Below are positions 48,556 through 56,202 of a stretch of 64,000 bases of DNA, piece after piece (the first letter of the stretch is position 1; each line of letters begins with the position of its first letter). Under the pieces are notes generated by a model. The model saw nothing but the letters and a program-made list of their open reading frames with translations, made no database searches and had not been told where the DNA came from. A program made the position numbers and the translations under genes. The stretch is from the NCBI GenBank assembly GCA_934133195.1, contig CAKPAZ010000001.1, positions 17,267-81,266 of the forward strand. The letters are read 5' to 3'. Source of the stretch: an uncultured Bacilli bacterium. Lineage in GTDB: Bacteria > Bacillota_I > Bacilli_A > ML615J-28 > CAG-313.

Positions 48556-51124
48556 TCTTATTTACCTCATCTTTAAGTTTTGAAAGATATAATAAAGCAT
48601 CAATTGGTTTCATTGAGTCAAGATCAACATTCTTTATTTCATTATATAATTCTTTTAAACGGGGGTCTGTTTTATCAATAATTACTGGTTCTTTATAGTT
48701 ATTAATCGATAATTCTTCAGAATTATAGTGATTAGATGATTCTAACTTTTCAAGGATATCCTTAGCTCTTAAAACAACAGGTAGTGGTATTTTTGCAAGA
48801 CTGGCGACATTGATACCATAACTTTCATCAGATGGACCTGGAACTACCTTATGAAGGAAGATTAAATCTTCTAGGTTTTCCCCTACTTTAGCCTCCACAT
48901 GAACATTCTTTAAGAAACCTAAGCTCTTGTCAAGGTTGGTAAGTTCATGATAGTGGGTCGAGAATAAACATTTAGCTTTAACATTGTTATGTAAATATTC
49001 AATAATTGCTTGAGCTAAACTCATACCATCATAGGTTGCGGTACCACGACCAACTTCATCAAAGATAATTAAACTTTGTTCCGTCGCATTACTTAAGGCT
49101 TCATTTACTTCCAACATTTCGACCATGAAGGTTGATTCTCCTCCCATAATGTTGTCACTTGAACCAATTCTAGTAAAGATTTGGTCAAAGATTGGAAGGG
49201 TGGCTTTAGTTGCAGGAACAAAGGAACCTATTTGAGCCATAATCGCTATCAAAGCATTTTGTCTCATGTAAGTACTTTTACCACTCATGTTAGGTCCGGT
49301 AATTAATAATACCTTATCAGCATTATATAGTGTTAAATCATTAGGAATAAATTCTCCCTCGATTACATCTTCAATTATTGGGTGACGTCCACCAATTATT
49401 TCTAAATCATTATATAAGGAAAAAGTAGGACGAACATAGTTATTCTTTTTAGCAACCTCACTTAATGATATTAACATGTCAAGTTCGGAAATGATACTTG
49501 ATAGTTTTTGTAACATTACGGTATTATCTTTGCATTGTTCACGAATTTCATTAAAGATTTTTACTTCAAGTTCAATACTCATCTCACTAGAACGAAGGAT
49601 TAAAGCCTCACGTTCTTTTAGTTCTTGAGTAATGTAACGTTCAGAATTGCTGGTGGTTTGTTTTCTAATATATCCATATTCATCTTTTACCATTTCAAGG
49701 TTAGATTTTGTAACTTCAATATAATAACCAAAGACACGGTTGTAACCAACCTTTAAGTTTTTGATACCAGTTCTTTCTCTTTCACGTAGTTCAAGATTAG
49801 TTAGATATTCACGATTGGTACTACCAATGTTTCTAATTTTATCTAGTTCTTCATTAAAACCATTTTTAATTACATTGCCATCTTTTAAGCTATAACCAGC
49901 ATTCTCATCAATTGATCTAAATAAAAGACTATGTAATTCTTTAAAGTCATTGATGGTCTCACCGATTTGAGGTAAGACTTTACCTTTCATTTTGGATAGA
50001 ATTAACTTAATATTTGGTAGGACACCCAAGGAAATACGTAATTGAATTAAATCTTTAGGGGTTAGGTTACCATAACTGATTCTACCAACAATTCTTTCAA
50101 GGTCATAGATTTCTTGTAATTGGGTTTTTAAGTCATTGGTATGAAGATAATTACGATGTAATTCATCGATAATATCTAATCTTTGATTAATTTTATTTAG
50201 GTTAACTAAAGGGTATAAAAGACTTTTCTTTAAGAATCTTGATCCCATTGCTGTTGAACAGTGATCAAGAACTACAAATAAATTATTCTTAAACTTTACC
50301 CCTTTGTTTGTTTCGACAATTTCTAAGTTTCTAATACTATTCTCACTAAGTCTTAGATAATCTTTAGTTTGATATCTTGTAAATGGTTGTAAATGGACAA
50401 GCACACGCTTTTGCGTTTGTACAACATAGAAAAGTAATCGCTTAGCACATTCTTTTTCTTTGTCATTTAATCCATCAACTAAATGATCCATGTAAGAATC
50501 TATGTTAGTATCATCACTATAAGAAATTAAAATACCATAATTGTTACTCAAAAATTGACAAATCGAGTGATTAAAGTTTTTAGAAACAACAATTTCTTTA
50601 ATCGAAAGTTTTGATAATTCACTATATACCAGTTCAATTGAATCAAATGAAGTAATCTTAGTTTCTCCGGTTGATAGTTCAATGTAAGCTAGGAAATAAC
50701 CATTTGGGGTTTTATCAACACATCCTAAGTAACTATTGTTCTTTTCATTTAAATACTCTTGGTCAATGTTAGTTCCTGGTGTTACAATTTTAACGATATC
50801 ACGTTTTACTAGTTTTTGACCATTAGGTTCTTCTAGTTGTTCAACGATGGCTACTTTATAACCTTTTTCTGATAATCTTTCAATGTAACTATTAACTGCG
50901 TGATGAGGAACTCCACACATCGGAACACGATCATTTTGGGTACCAGCATCACGACCGGTTAAAACAATCTCTAGCTCACGACTTGCAACTAAGGCATCAT
51001 TAAAAAACATTTCATAGAAATCACCTAAGCGAAAGAAAACTAAAGTATCAGGGTATTGTTCTTTAATTTCTAGGTATTGTCGCATCATTGGGGTGTATTT
51101 ATTTTTGTCAATATTTTCATACAT
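48548..51124 (-). CDS. mutS: DNA mismatch repair protein MutS
   Basis: TPMMRQYLEIKEQYPD, GDFYEMF, Walker A GPNMSGKST. AGGTGA RBS precedes the ATG at 51124; the track GTG at 51133 lies inside that RBS. Confidence 0.95.
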   Translation of the reverse strand: MYENIDKNKYTPMMRQYLEIKEQYPDTLVFFRLGDFYEMFFNDALVASRELEIVLTGRDAGTQNDRVPMCGVPHHAVNSYIERLSEKGYKVAIVEQLEEPNGQKLVKRDIVKIVTPGTNIDQEYLNEKNNSYLGCVDKTPNGYFLAYIELSTGETKITSFDSIELVYSELSKLSIKEIVVSKNFNHSICQFLSNNYGILISYSDDTNIDSYMDHLVDGLNDKEKECAKRLLFYVVQTQKRVLVHLQPFTRYQTKDYLRLSENSIRNLEIVETNKGVKFKNNLFVVLDHCSTAMGSRFLKKSLLYPLVNLNKINQRLDIIDELHRNYLHTNDLKTQLQEIYDLERIVGRISYGNLTPKDLIQLRISLGVLPNIKLILSKMKGKVLPQIGETINDFKELHSLLFRSIDENAGYSLKDGNVIKNGFNEELDKIRNIGSTNREYLTNLELRERERTGIKNLKVGYNRVFGYYIEVTKSNLEMVKDEYGYIRKQTTSNSERYITQELKEREALILRSSEMSIELEVKIFNEIREQCKDNTVMLQKLSSIISELDMLISLSEVAKKNNYVRPTFSLYNDLEIIGGRHPIIEDVIEGEFIPNDLTLYNADKVLLITGPNMSGKSTYMRQNALIAIMAQIGSFVPATKATLPIFDQIFTRIGSSDNIMGGESTFMVEMLEVNEALSNATEQSLIIFDEVGRGTATYDGMSLAQAIIEYLHNNVKAKCLFSTHYHELTNLDKSLGFLKNVHVEAKVGENLEDLIFLHKVVPGPSDESYGINVASLAKIPLPVVLRAKDILEKLESSNHYNSEELSINNYKEPVIIDKTDPRLKELYNEIKNVDLDSMKPIDALLYLSKLKDEVNKNE

Positions 51125-51184
51125 AGTCTTCACCTACTTTAATTTCATGTACGTATATTTTATCATAAATTGTCAAAAAAGGAT

Positions 51185-51250
51185 AAAAAAAAGCGTTTGA
51201 GATGAATAATTATCCATTTTTTCAAACTCAAACGCTCTGAGAACGGTTTA
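51185..51250 (-). repeat. Dispersed repeat copy c4 (long form) acting as the coaX terminator
   Basis: Minus strand TAAACCGTTCTCAGAGCGTTTGAGtttgaaaaaatggataattattcatCTCAAACGCT followed by TTTTTTTT. The 10-bp outer stem is AGCGTTTGAG / CTCAAACGCT. Confidence 0.75.
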
Positions 51251-51253
51251 CTT

Positions 51254-52003
51254 TTAATTGTTATTTTTTAAATATACTTGTAAAATTCCTTTTAAAGTAA
51301 GAAATTCATCAGTAATTATCTCATTAAAACAAAGGGGAACAATCGCTTTTGCGAGTCCTCCTGTCGCAACAACAGTCAATTCATCAAGGCCTTCTTCTTG
51401 TTTAATTCGCTCAATCATTCCATCAATCATGGAAGCATAAGTGAAGGTAACCCCTGATTGCATGCATGTAATGGTGTTATTTCCAAGAACTTTCTTAGGA
51501 GCCTTTATCTCAATTTTTGGAAGTAAGGCTGTTGATGAGACTAAAGAATTCAAGGAACTTTGAACACCAGGAGCAATCGTACAGCCTTTAAAGGTTTTGT
51601 TTTGAACAAAAATAAATTTGGTTGCGGTACCAAGATCAACAACTAAAACGTTATTACCATAAGCTGTTGAACCAACACCATCAGCGATTAAGTCAGCTCC
51701 AACTTCTCTTGGATTATCTGCGATAATCATTAAACCAGTTTTTAATTTTTGACCAAATACAAGGGGTTCAACTTTAAAGTATTCCTTGCACATAACGGTT
51801 AAAATTGTTGTAAGTTCAGGTACTACACTCGAGATGATTGCGCCTTCAATATGAGCACCTTTAATAAAGTTACTAATAATTAAATAATATTCATCCGCCG
51901 TCTTATGAACTTCTGATTTTAAACGGATCATTTGTTTAACATCTTTACTATTAGAAAGTCCAATTTTAATATTAGAATTTCCGACATCAAATAATATAAT
52001 CAT
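51254..52003 (-). CDS. coaX: Type III pantothenate kinase
   Basis: ILFDVGNSNIKIG and DLGTA motifs of the CoaX/ASKHA fold. Confidence 0.9.
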   Translation of the reverse strand: MIILFDVGNSNIKIGLSNSKDVKQMIRLKSEVHKTADEYYLIISNFIKGAHIEGAIISSVVPELTTILTVMCKEYFKVEPLVFGQKLKTGLMIIADNPREVGADLIADGVGSTAYGNNVLVVDLGTATKFIFVQNKTFKGCTIAPGVQSSLNSLVSSTALLPKIEIKAPKKVLGNNTITCMQSGVTFTYASMIDGMIERIKQEEGLDELTVVATGGLAKAIVPLCFNEIITDEFLTLKGILQVYLKNNN

Positions 52004-52011
52004 TTTATCAC

Positions 52012-52596
52012 CTATTCTTCTTTAGTACCTAAATCATAATTTTTTGAAATAACATTAATTAAATATACAACAGATGGAGCTAAAACACAGTTAATTGTAA
52101 ACTCCACAATAAAGTTTAATCCAATATATGAAACAAGGATGAAAACAAGTACTCCTTGACCAGCACCACTTGCGGCTTCTTGGATTAAAGGATAGAAGAA
52201 AACTAAACATCCAAGGAAGAATACTCCCGTATTAACGATTGGAGCAACAATTGTCGCAAGGATAACACTTCCTATTCTCGTCTTCTTTTTAAGTAAGTTG
52301 TAAATTAGTCCGGAAACAAATCCAGCAGCAGTTGATTTTAGTAACACAGTTACAATGGTTCCAAAAGGGTTGAAAGCATAAAAGTATGCCGCATCAACTA
52401 ATAATACAACTATTCCCATAATTAAACCTAGGAAAGCCCCTCCCTTAGGTCCATAAAGGATAGCCCCAACAACAAGGGGGATTAAAGCAAGTGTAATACT
52501 AAATTGTCCTAAAGGTATTTTGATTAAGGATAAAGCCGCAACAAGGCCTCCTAAAATACCCAAGGTAACCATTTTTTTAATAAGTTGTTTTTTCAT
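52012..52596 (-). CDS. ECF transporter substrate-specific (S) component, probably pantothenate (PanT-like)
   Basis: 194 aa with 5-6 TM helices, as for S components. The substrate is inferred only from adjacency to coaX. Confidence 0.5.
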   Translation of the reverse strand: MKKQLIKKMVTLGILGGLVAALSLIKIPLGQFSITLALIPLVVGAILYGPKGGAFLGLIMGIVVLLVDAAYFYAFNPFGTIVTVLLKSTAAGFVSGLIYNLLKKKTRIGSVILATIVAPIVNTGVFFLGCLVFFYPLIQEAASGAGQGVLVFILVSYIGLNFIVEFTINCVLAPSVVYLINVISKNYDLGTKEE

Positions 52597-52660
52597 AATT
52601 TTTCCTTTCTATTTAGGCCATATCAATGGTCCCATTAGATTTAGTTTATGCTAATAACTC

Positions 52661-53935
52661 TTACTCAAACATTTCAAATTCATAACCAAGAATTAAAACG
52701 GTATCGCCGTGCTTTACACCTAGTTTTCTAAGCTTTTCATCGACTCCCATTTTTCTTAGTTTTTGAGCAAAAATTCTAACATTAGTTTCATTGTTAAAGT
52801 CCGTACGATCAAATAATTTTTTGATAGCTGGACCTTCAACATGGTAAATACCCTTATCATCTTTAGTGATGGTATAATCATCAGTAGGTGGGGTAAACTT
52901 ATATTCAACAACGCTGTCACTGATTTCTTCTAATTGATGGTTCTTTCTTACTTCATCTAAGACATCAGCAATGCGATATAATAATTCATCAAGATTTTGT
53001 TTGGTTGCGGCAGAAATTGGAATAGCTTTAACGCCAAGTTTTTCTTCAAATTCTTGAAGATTCTTTTCACTTCCGGTAATATCCATTTTGTTAGCAACAA
53101 TAATTTCAGGACGTTTTAATAACTTTGGATCATATTCACCAAGTTCTTTACGGATTGTTAAGTAATCATCAACCGGATTTCTACCTTCTGTACCACTCAT
53201 ATCAACGATATGAACGATAACTCTAGTTCTTTCAATGTGCTTTAAGAATTGGATGCCAAGACCAGCTCCAAGGTGTGCACCTTCAATTAAACCAGGTAAG
53301 TCCGCCATAATGAAACTTCTACCATCTTTAACACCTACAACTCCAAGATGAGGATTAAGGGTTGTAAAGTGGTATTCCGCAATCTTTGGTGTAGCCTTTG
53401 ATACCATCGTAATCAATGTACTTTTACCAACACTAGGGAAACCAACAAGACCAACATCGGCTAAAACTTTTAGTTCTAGTTGAACATTAAACTCTTCACC
53501 AGGTTCTCCTTTTTCACATACTTGAGGAGCGGTATTACGAGAGTTAGCAAATGCCGCATTACCTTTTCCTCCACGTCCACCATGGGCAACGATGACTTCT
53601 TGGCCATGTTTGGTAATGTCACCGATAACTTGACCTGTATCAGCGTTGATAATGGTCGTTCCAATCGGTACTTTCGCATACACATTTTCACCATCATGGC
53701 CGTACATGTCTTTTTGCATGCCGTTTTCACCATTAGTAGCAACAATCTTTCTTGTAAAACGAAAATCAAGTAGAGTCGTTAATCCTTCTTCACCAACGAA
53801 GATAACGTCTCCGCCTCTTCCGCCTTTACCTCCAGATGGTCCACCCATATTTGCGTATTTTTCATGTCGAAAAGCCACAACACCATTTCCACCATTTCCG
53901 GCTTTTACATATATTTTTACACTATCTACAAACAT
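52661..53935 (-). CDS. obg: GTPase Obg
   Basis: MFVDSVKIYVKAGNGGNG Gly-rich Obg fold, GFPSVGKST, and a C-terminal OCT domain. Confidence 0.95.
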   Translation of the reverse strand: MFVDSVKIYVKAGNGGNGVVAFRHEKYANMGGPSGGKGGRGGDVIFVGEEGLTTLLDFRFTRKIVATNGENGMQKDMYGHDGENVYAKVPIGTTIINADTGQVIGDITKHGQEVIVAHGGRGGKGNAAFANSRNTAPQVCEKGEPGEEFNVQLELKVLADVGLVGFPSVGKSTLITMVSKATPKIAEYHFTTLNPHLGVVGVKDGRSFIMADLPGLIEGAHLGAGLGIQFLKHIERTRVIVHIVDMSGTEGRNPVDDYLTIRKELGEYDPKLLKRPEIIVANKMDITGSEKNLQEFEEKLGVKAIPISAATKQNLDELLYRIADVLDEVRKNHQLEEISDSVVEYKFTPPTDDYTITKDDKGIYHVEGPAIKKLFDRTDFNNETNVRIFAQKLRKMGVDEKLRKLGVKHGDTVLILGYEFEMFE

Positions 53936-53949
53936 AGTATCTCCTTTCT

Positions 53950-53987
53950 TAAGAAAATAATAAGCACTTGGTATCCAAGTGCTTATT
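53950..53987 (-). terminator. Strong hairpin / terminator between rpmA and obg
   Basis: Perfect 13-bp stem AATAAGCACTTGG / CCAAGTGCTTATT with a 3-nt loop, followed on the minus strand by ATTTTCTT. Confidence 0.6.
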
Positions 53988-53996
53988 GTTTGGCAA

Positions 53997-54278
53997 TTAT
54001 TCTACTGGATATACAGAAACTTGTTTCTTACTCATACCCTTATGTTCGTATTTAACGATACCATCGATCATACAGAATAATGTGTCATCCTTACCAATAC
54101 CAACGTTATTTCCAGGATGAACCTTAGTACCTCTTTGACGATAAATAATCGAACCGGCAGTAGCGAATTGTCCATCAGATAATTTTGCACCTAAACGTTT
54201 AGAATGAGAGTCACGTCCGTTCTTAGTAGAACTAACACCTTTTTTAGATGCGAAGAATTGTAAATTTAATCTTATCAT
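53997..54278 (-). CDS. rpmA: 50S ribosomal protein L27 (with N-terminal propeptide)
   Basis: [24 protein letters not shown]. The Firmicute-type 9-aa extension is cleaved by Prp. Confidence 0.95.
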   Translation of the reverse strand: MIRLNLQFFASKKGVSSTKNGRDSHSKRLGAKLSDGQFATAGSIIYRQRGTKVHPGNNVGIGKDDTLFCMIDGIVKYEHKGMSKKQVSVYPVE

Positions 54279-54289
54279 GATGCTACCTC

Positions 54290-54625
54290 CTATTTTTCAA
54301 TTTTTACTTTTAAATGATTTGGATACATCTCTTCAATTTGTTGTAATGATTCAATTAGATTAGCAACAACTAAATTCATAAATTCTTTAGTTTCTTGATC
54401 TAACTTGTTATCAGTTACTTCAAAATGCATATATCCTTCTTCTTGATTTTCATTAAATTTATACTTATTTTTAATTAACTTCATAAGTAAATTCAATGAT
54501 GTAATTACCGTTGCGGAAATACCCGCACACACAATATCCAATCCTTCTTCATTGTAGTCAGCATGACCACTGATTTCAAAGGTATGAAAATCGTGATTTT
54601 GATAACTAAATTTGGCTTTCGTCAT
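54290..54625 (-). CDS. prp: Ribosomal-processing cysteine protease Prp
   Basis: GHADY...DIVCAGISA catalytic His/Cys pattern, located between rplU and rpmA. The start is probably the Met at 54625, just after the rplU stop. Confidence 0.85.
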   Translation of the reverse strand: MTKAKFSYQNHDFHTFEISGHADYNEEGLDIVCAGISATVITSLNLLMKLIKNKYKFNENQEEGYMHFEVTDNKLDQETKEFMNLVVANLIESLQQIEEMYPNHLKVKIEK

Positions 54626-54626
54626 A

Positions 54627-54926
54627 TTATGCTTCAATCTTGTTAATTACAACTTTAGTGTAAGCTTGACGATGACCTTGTTTTTTACGGTAATTCTTTT
54701 TAGCTTTCATCTTAAAAACAATAATTTTTTTGCCTTTACCTTGTTTTTCGATTGTACCAGTAACTTTGGCACCTTCAACAAGGGGAGTACCTACTTTGTC
54801 ACCAACTAAAAGTACTTGATCAAAAACAACTTCTTGTCCAGCTTCGCCTTCTAGTTTTTCAACGAAAATAGTTTCACCTTCAGCAGCACGATATTGTTTA
54901 CCGCCAGTGATAAAAATTGCGTACAT
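54627..54926 (-). CDS. rplU: 50S ribosomal protein L21
   Basis: [13 protein letters not shown] start with AGGAGGT RBS. The track ORF is extended 31 codons upstream into the leader. Confidence 0.95.
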   Translation of the reverse strand: MYAIFITGGKQYRAAEGETIFVEKLEGEAGQEVVFDQVLLVGDKVGTPLVEGAKVTGTIEKQGKGKKIIVFKMKAKKNYRKKQGHRQAYTKVVINKIEA

Positions 54927-55020
54927 CTTTTTTACCTCCTTATAAATATTAAGACACGCCAGGATGGTGATATTTAAAAATATACTTAAAACCACTTTTG
55001 TGCGGTTGCAGACTCGCAAC
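54927..55020 (-). promoter_or_regulatory. Roughly 95-nt 5' UTR of rplU, candidate L21 ribosomal-protein leader
   Basis: Relatively GC-rich hairpin GCGTTGCgagtctGCAACCGC at the 5' end of the UTR. An L21 leader is known in low-GC Gram-positives; I could not verify the structure. Confidence 0.35.
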
Positions 55021-55026
55021 GCATAT

Positions 55027-55055
55027 ATTATACACTAAACCTTATTTTTTTGCAA
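55027..55055 (-). promoter_or_regulatory. SigA-type promoter of rplU-prp-rpmA
   Basis: Minus strand TTGCAA, 17 nt spacer, TATAAT with a TG extended -10. Confidence 0.55.
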
Positions 55056-55087
55056 TAAAAGTGAAAATTAATTTTTTACCTAGATAT

Positions 55088-55146
55088 TTGACCCTTCTCA
55101 GAGCATTTGAAATTAATTTTTCTTGGTAATTATGCACTCAAAGTCT
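55088..55146 (+). repeat. Dispersed repeat copy c5 (opposite orientation to c1-c4)
   Basis: Plus strand TTGACCCTTCTCAGAGCATTTGAaattaatttttcttGGTAATTATGCACTCAAAGTCT. Confidence 0.65.
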
Positions 55147-55176
55147 AAAAAAAGCCCACCTTTAAAAAGGTGAGCC
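55147..55176 (-). terminator. Terminator of the 320-aa membrane protein gene
   Basis: Minus strand CACCTTtttaAAGGTG core hairpin, followed by GGC and TTTTTTT. Confidence 0.5.
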
Positions 55177-55182
55177 TAAACT

Positions 55183-56145
55183 TTATTTTACAGATCTTTG
55201 GTATTTAGCGCTCTTGATCATGTTGAATACTTCATATCCAGAGCCAAGAATTATGAATACAATTGATACAATTAGATTACTATAGAATTCACTTTGGAAT
55301 TGTTGACATGTAAGTTCTTCTCCTAGTTTATAGTCACCTTTCATAATATCAAAGAAGGCACTAAAGCCAGTTCCATTTACAAGACTTCCATCCATTTGTG
55401 CATAAGCATCAGCAGCACGTACATAAACAAAGACCAAATCACCTAATATGAAAACTAAAGTAACTAGAAAAACCATGATTGGCATTACAATATTAGGTTT
55501 TCCGCCAAACTTACGATACAAGAAAGCGCCAAGAACAACAGAAATAAAGGCACTGATAGCAGAAATAATATTTAAACTAATGAAAATTTCAAAGGCAACA
55601 ACACCAACAATACCACCGATTAAGGCCCCTAAGAAACCTTTACCATAGTTATTAGGAGCTTCAATGTAGTTCTTTTCTTCTAGCTTGTCATCTTCAATAA
55701 GTTCTTCTTTACATGCTGCATGCATCTTGAATTTTAGAATACCAATGTTTGTAACTACAACATCATCTCCAAGTTCTTCTCCACATTTAGGACAGCATGC
55801 ATCTTTTTTTACTTCATATTTATCAAGTACTTCAAAGATTTTATTTAAAATGTCATCCACTTTACTCATTAATTTACTTATGGTTATATCGTTTAAACCA
55901 ACAAATAAACCAAATGGAGTAAATTCAAAATCAATTCTCTTAAGCCCAAGTCCATATAAATCATTAATTATTTGTTCCTTCTTTTCTTCTTCTACATGCA
56001 TTGAAAAATGAAGTTGAACGGGAGAAACTTGATTTAGCATTTCTACATTTAAATTTACTTCATAGTTATTGATAACACCATATCCTTGATTCTTTTCTAT
56101 TTCAAGACCTTTAGATATAAAATATTCTTTAATTTTTTTATTCAT
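55183..56145 (-). CDS. Hypothetical membrane protein with zinc-ribbon-like CPKCG...H..C segment
   Basis: 320 aa: a soluble N-terminal domain, CCPKCGEEL...HAAC, then about 4 TM helices. I recognise no family. Confidence 0.5.
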   Translation of the reverse strand: MNKKIKEYFISKGLEIEKNQGYGVINNYEVNLNVEMLNQVSPVQLHFSMHVEEEKKEQIINDLYGLGLKRIDFEFTPFGLFVGLNDITISKLMSKVDDILNKIFEVLDKYEVKKDACCPKCGEELGDDVVVTNIGILKFKMHAACKEELIEDDKLEEKNYIEAPNNYGKGFLGALIGGIVGVVAFEIFISLNIISAISAFISVVLGAFLYRKFGGKPNIVMPIMVFLVTLVFILGDLVFVYVRAADAYAQMDGSLVNGTGFSAFFDIMKGDYKLGEELTCQQFQSEFYSNLIVSIVFIILGSGYEVFNMIKSAKYQRSVK

Positions 56146-56161
56146 AAAATTCTCCTTTATC

Positions 56162-56193
56162 TAAAAAAAGACCACCATTTAACATGGTAGTCT
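56162..56193 (-). terminator. Rho-independent terminator after ppdK
   Basis: Minus strand AGACTACCATgttaaATGGTGGTCT followed by TTTTTTT. Confidence 0.65.
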
Positions 56194-56202
56194 TATTAAT
56201 AC

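Noticed and set aside
54927-55019. The 31-codon N-terminal extension of L21 in track ORF 54627..55019
   Set aside because: The canonical [13 protein letters not shown] start has a strong AGGAGGT RBS. The extension lies in the 5' UTR downstream of a consensus promoter and has no RBS.
37750-55110. The repeat core as a polar SpoIIIE/FtsK-orienting sequence, because c5 and c6 contain CCCTTCTC, the complement of the B. subtilis SRS octamer GAGAAGGG
   Set aside because: Orientation is not consistently directed toward dif: c1-c4 point away from dif, c5 points toward it, and c6 on the other side points away. c1-c4 match the octamer at only 6-7 of 8 positions. The conserved part of the repeat extends well beyond the octamer, so the overlap is probably coincidental.
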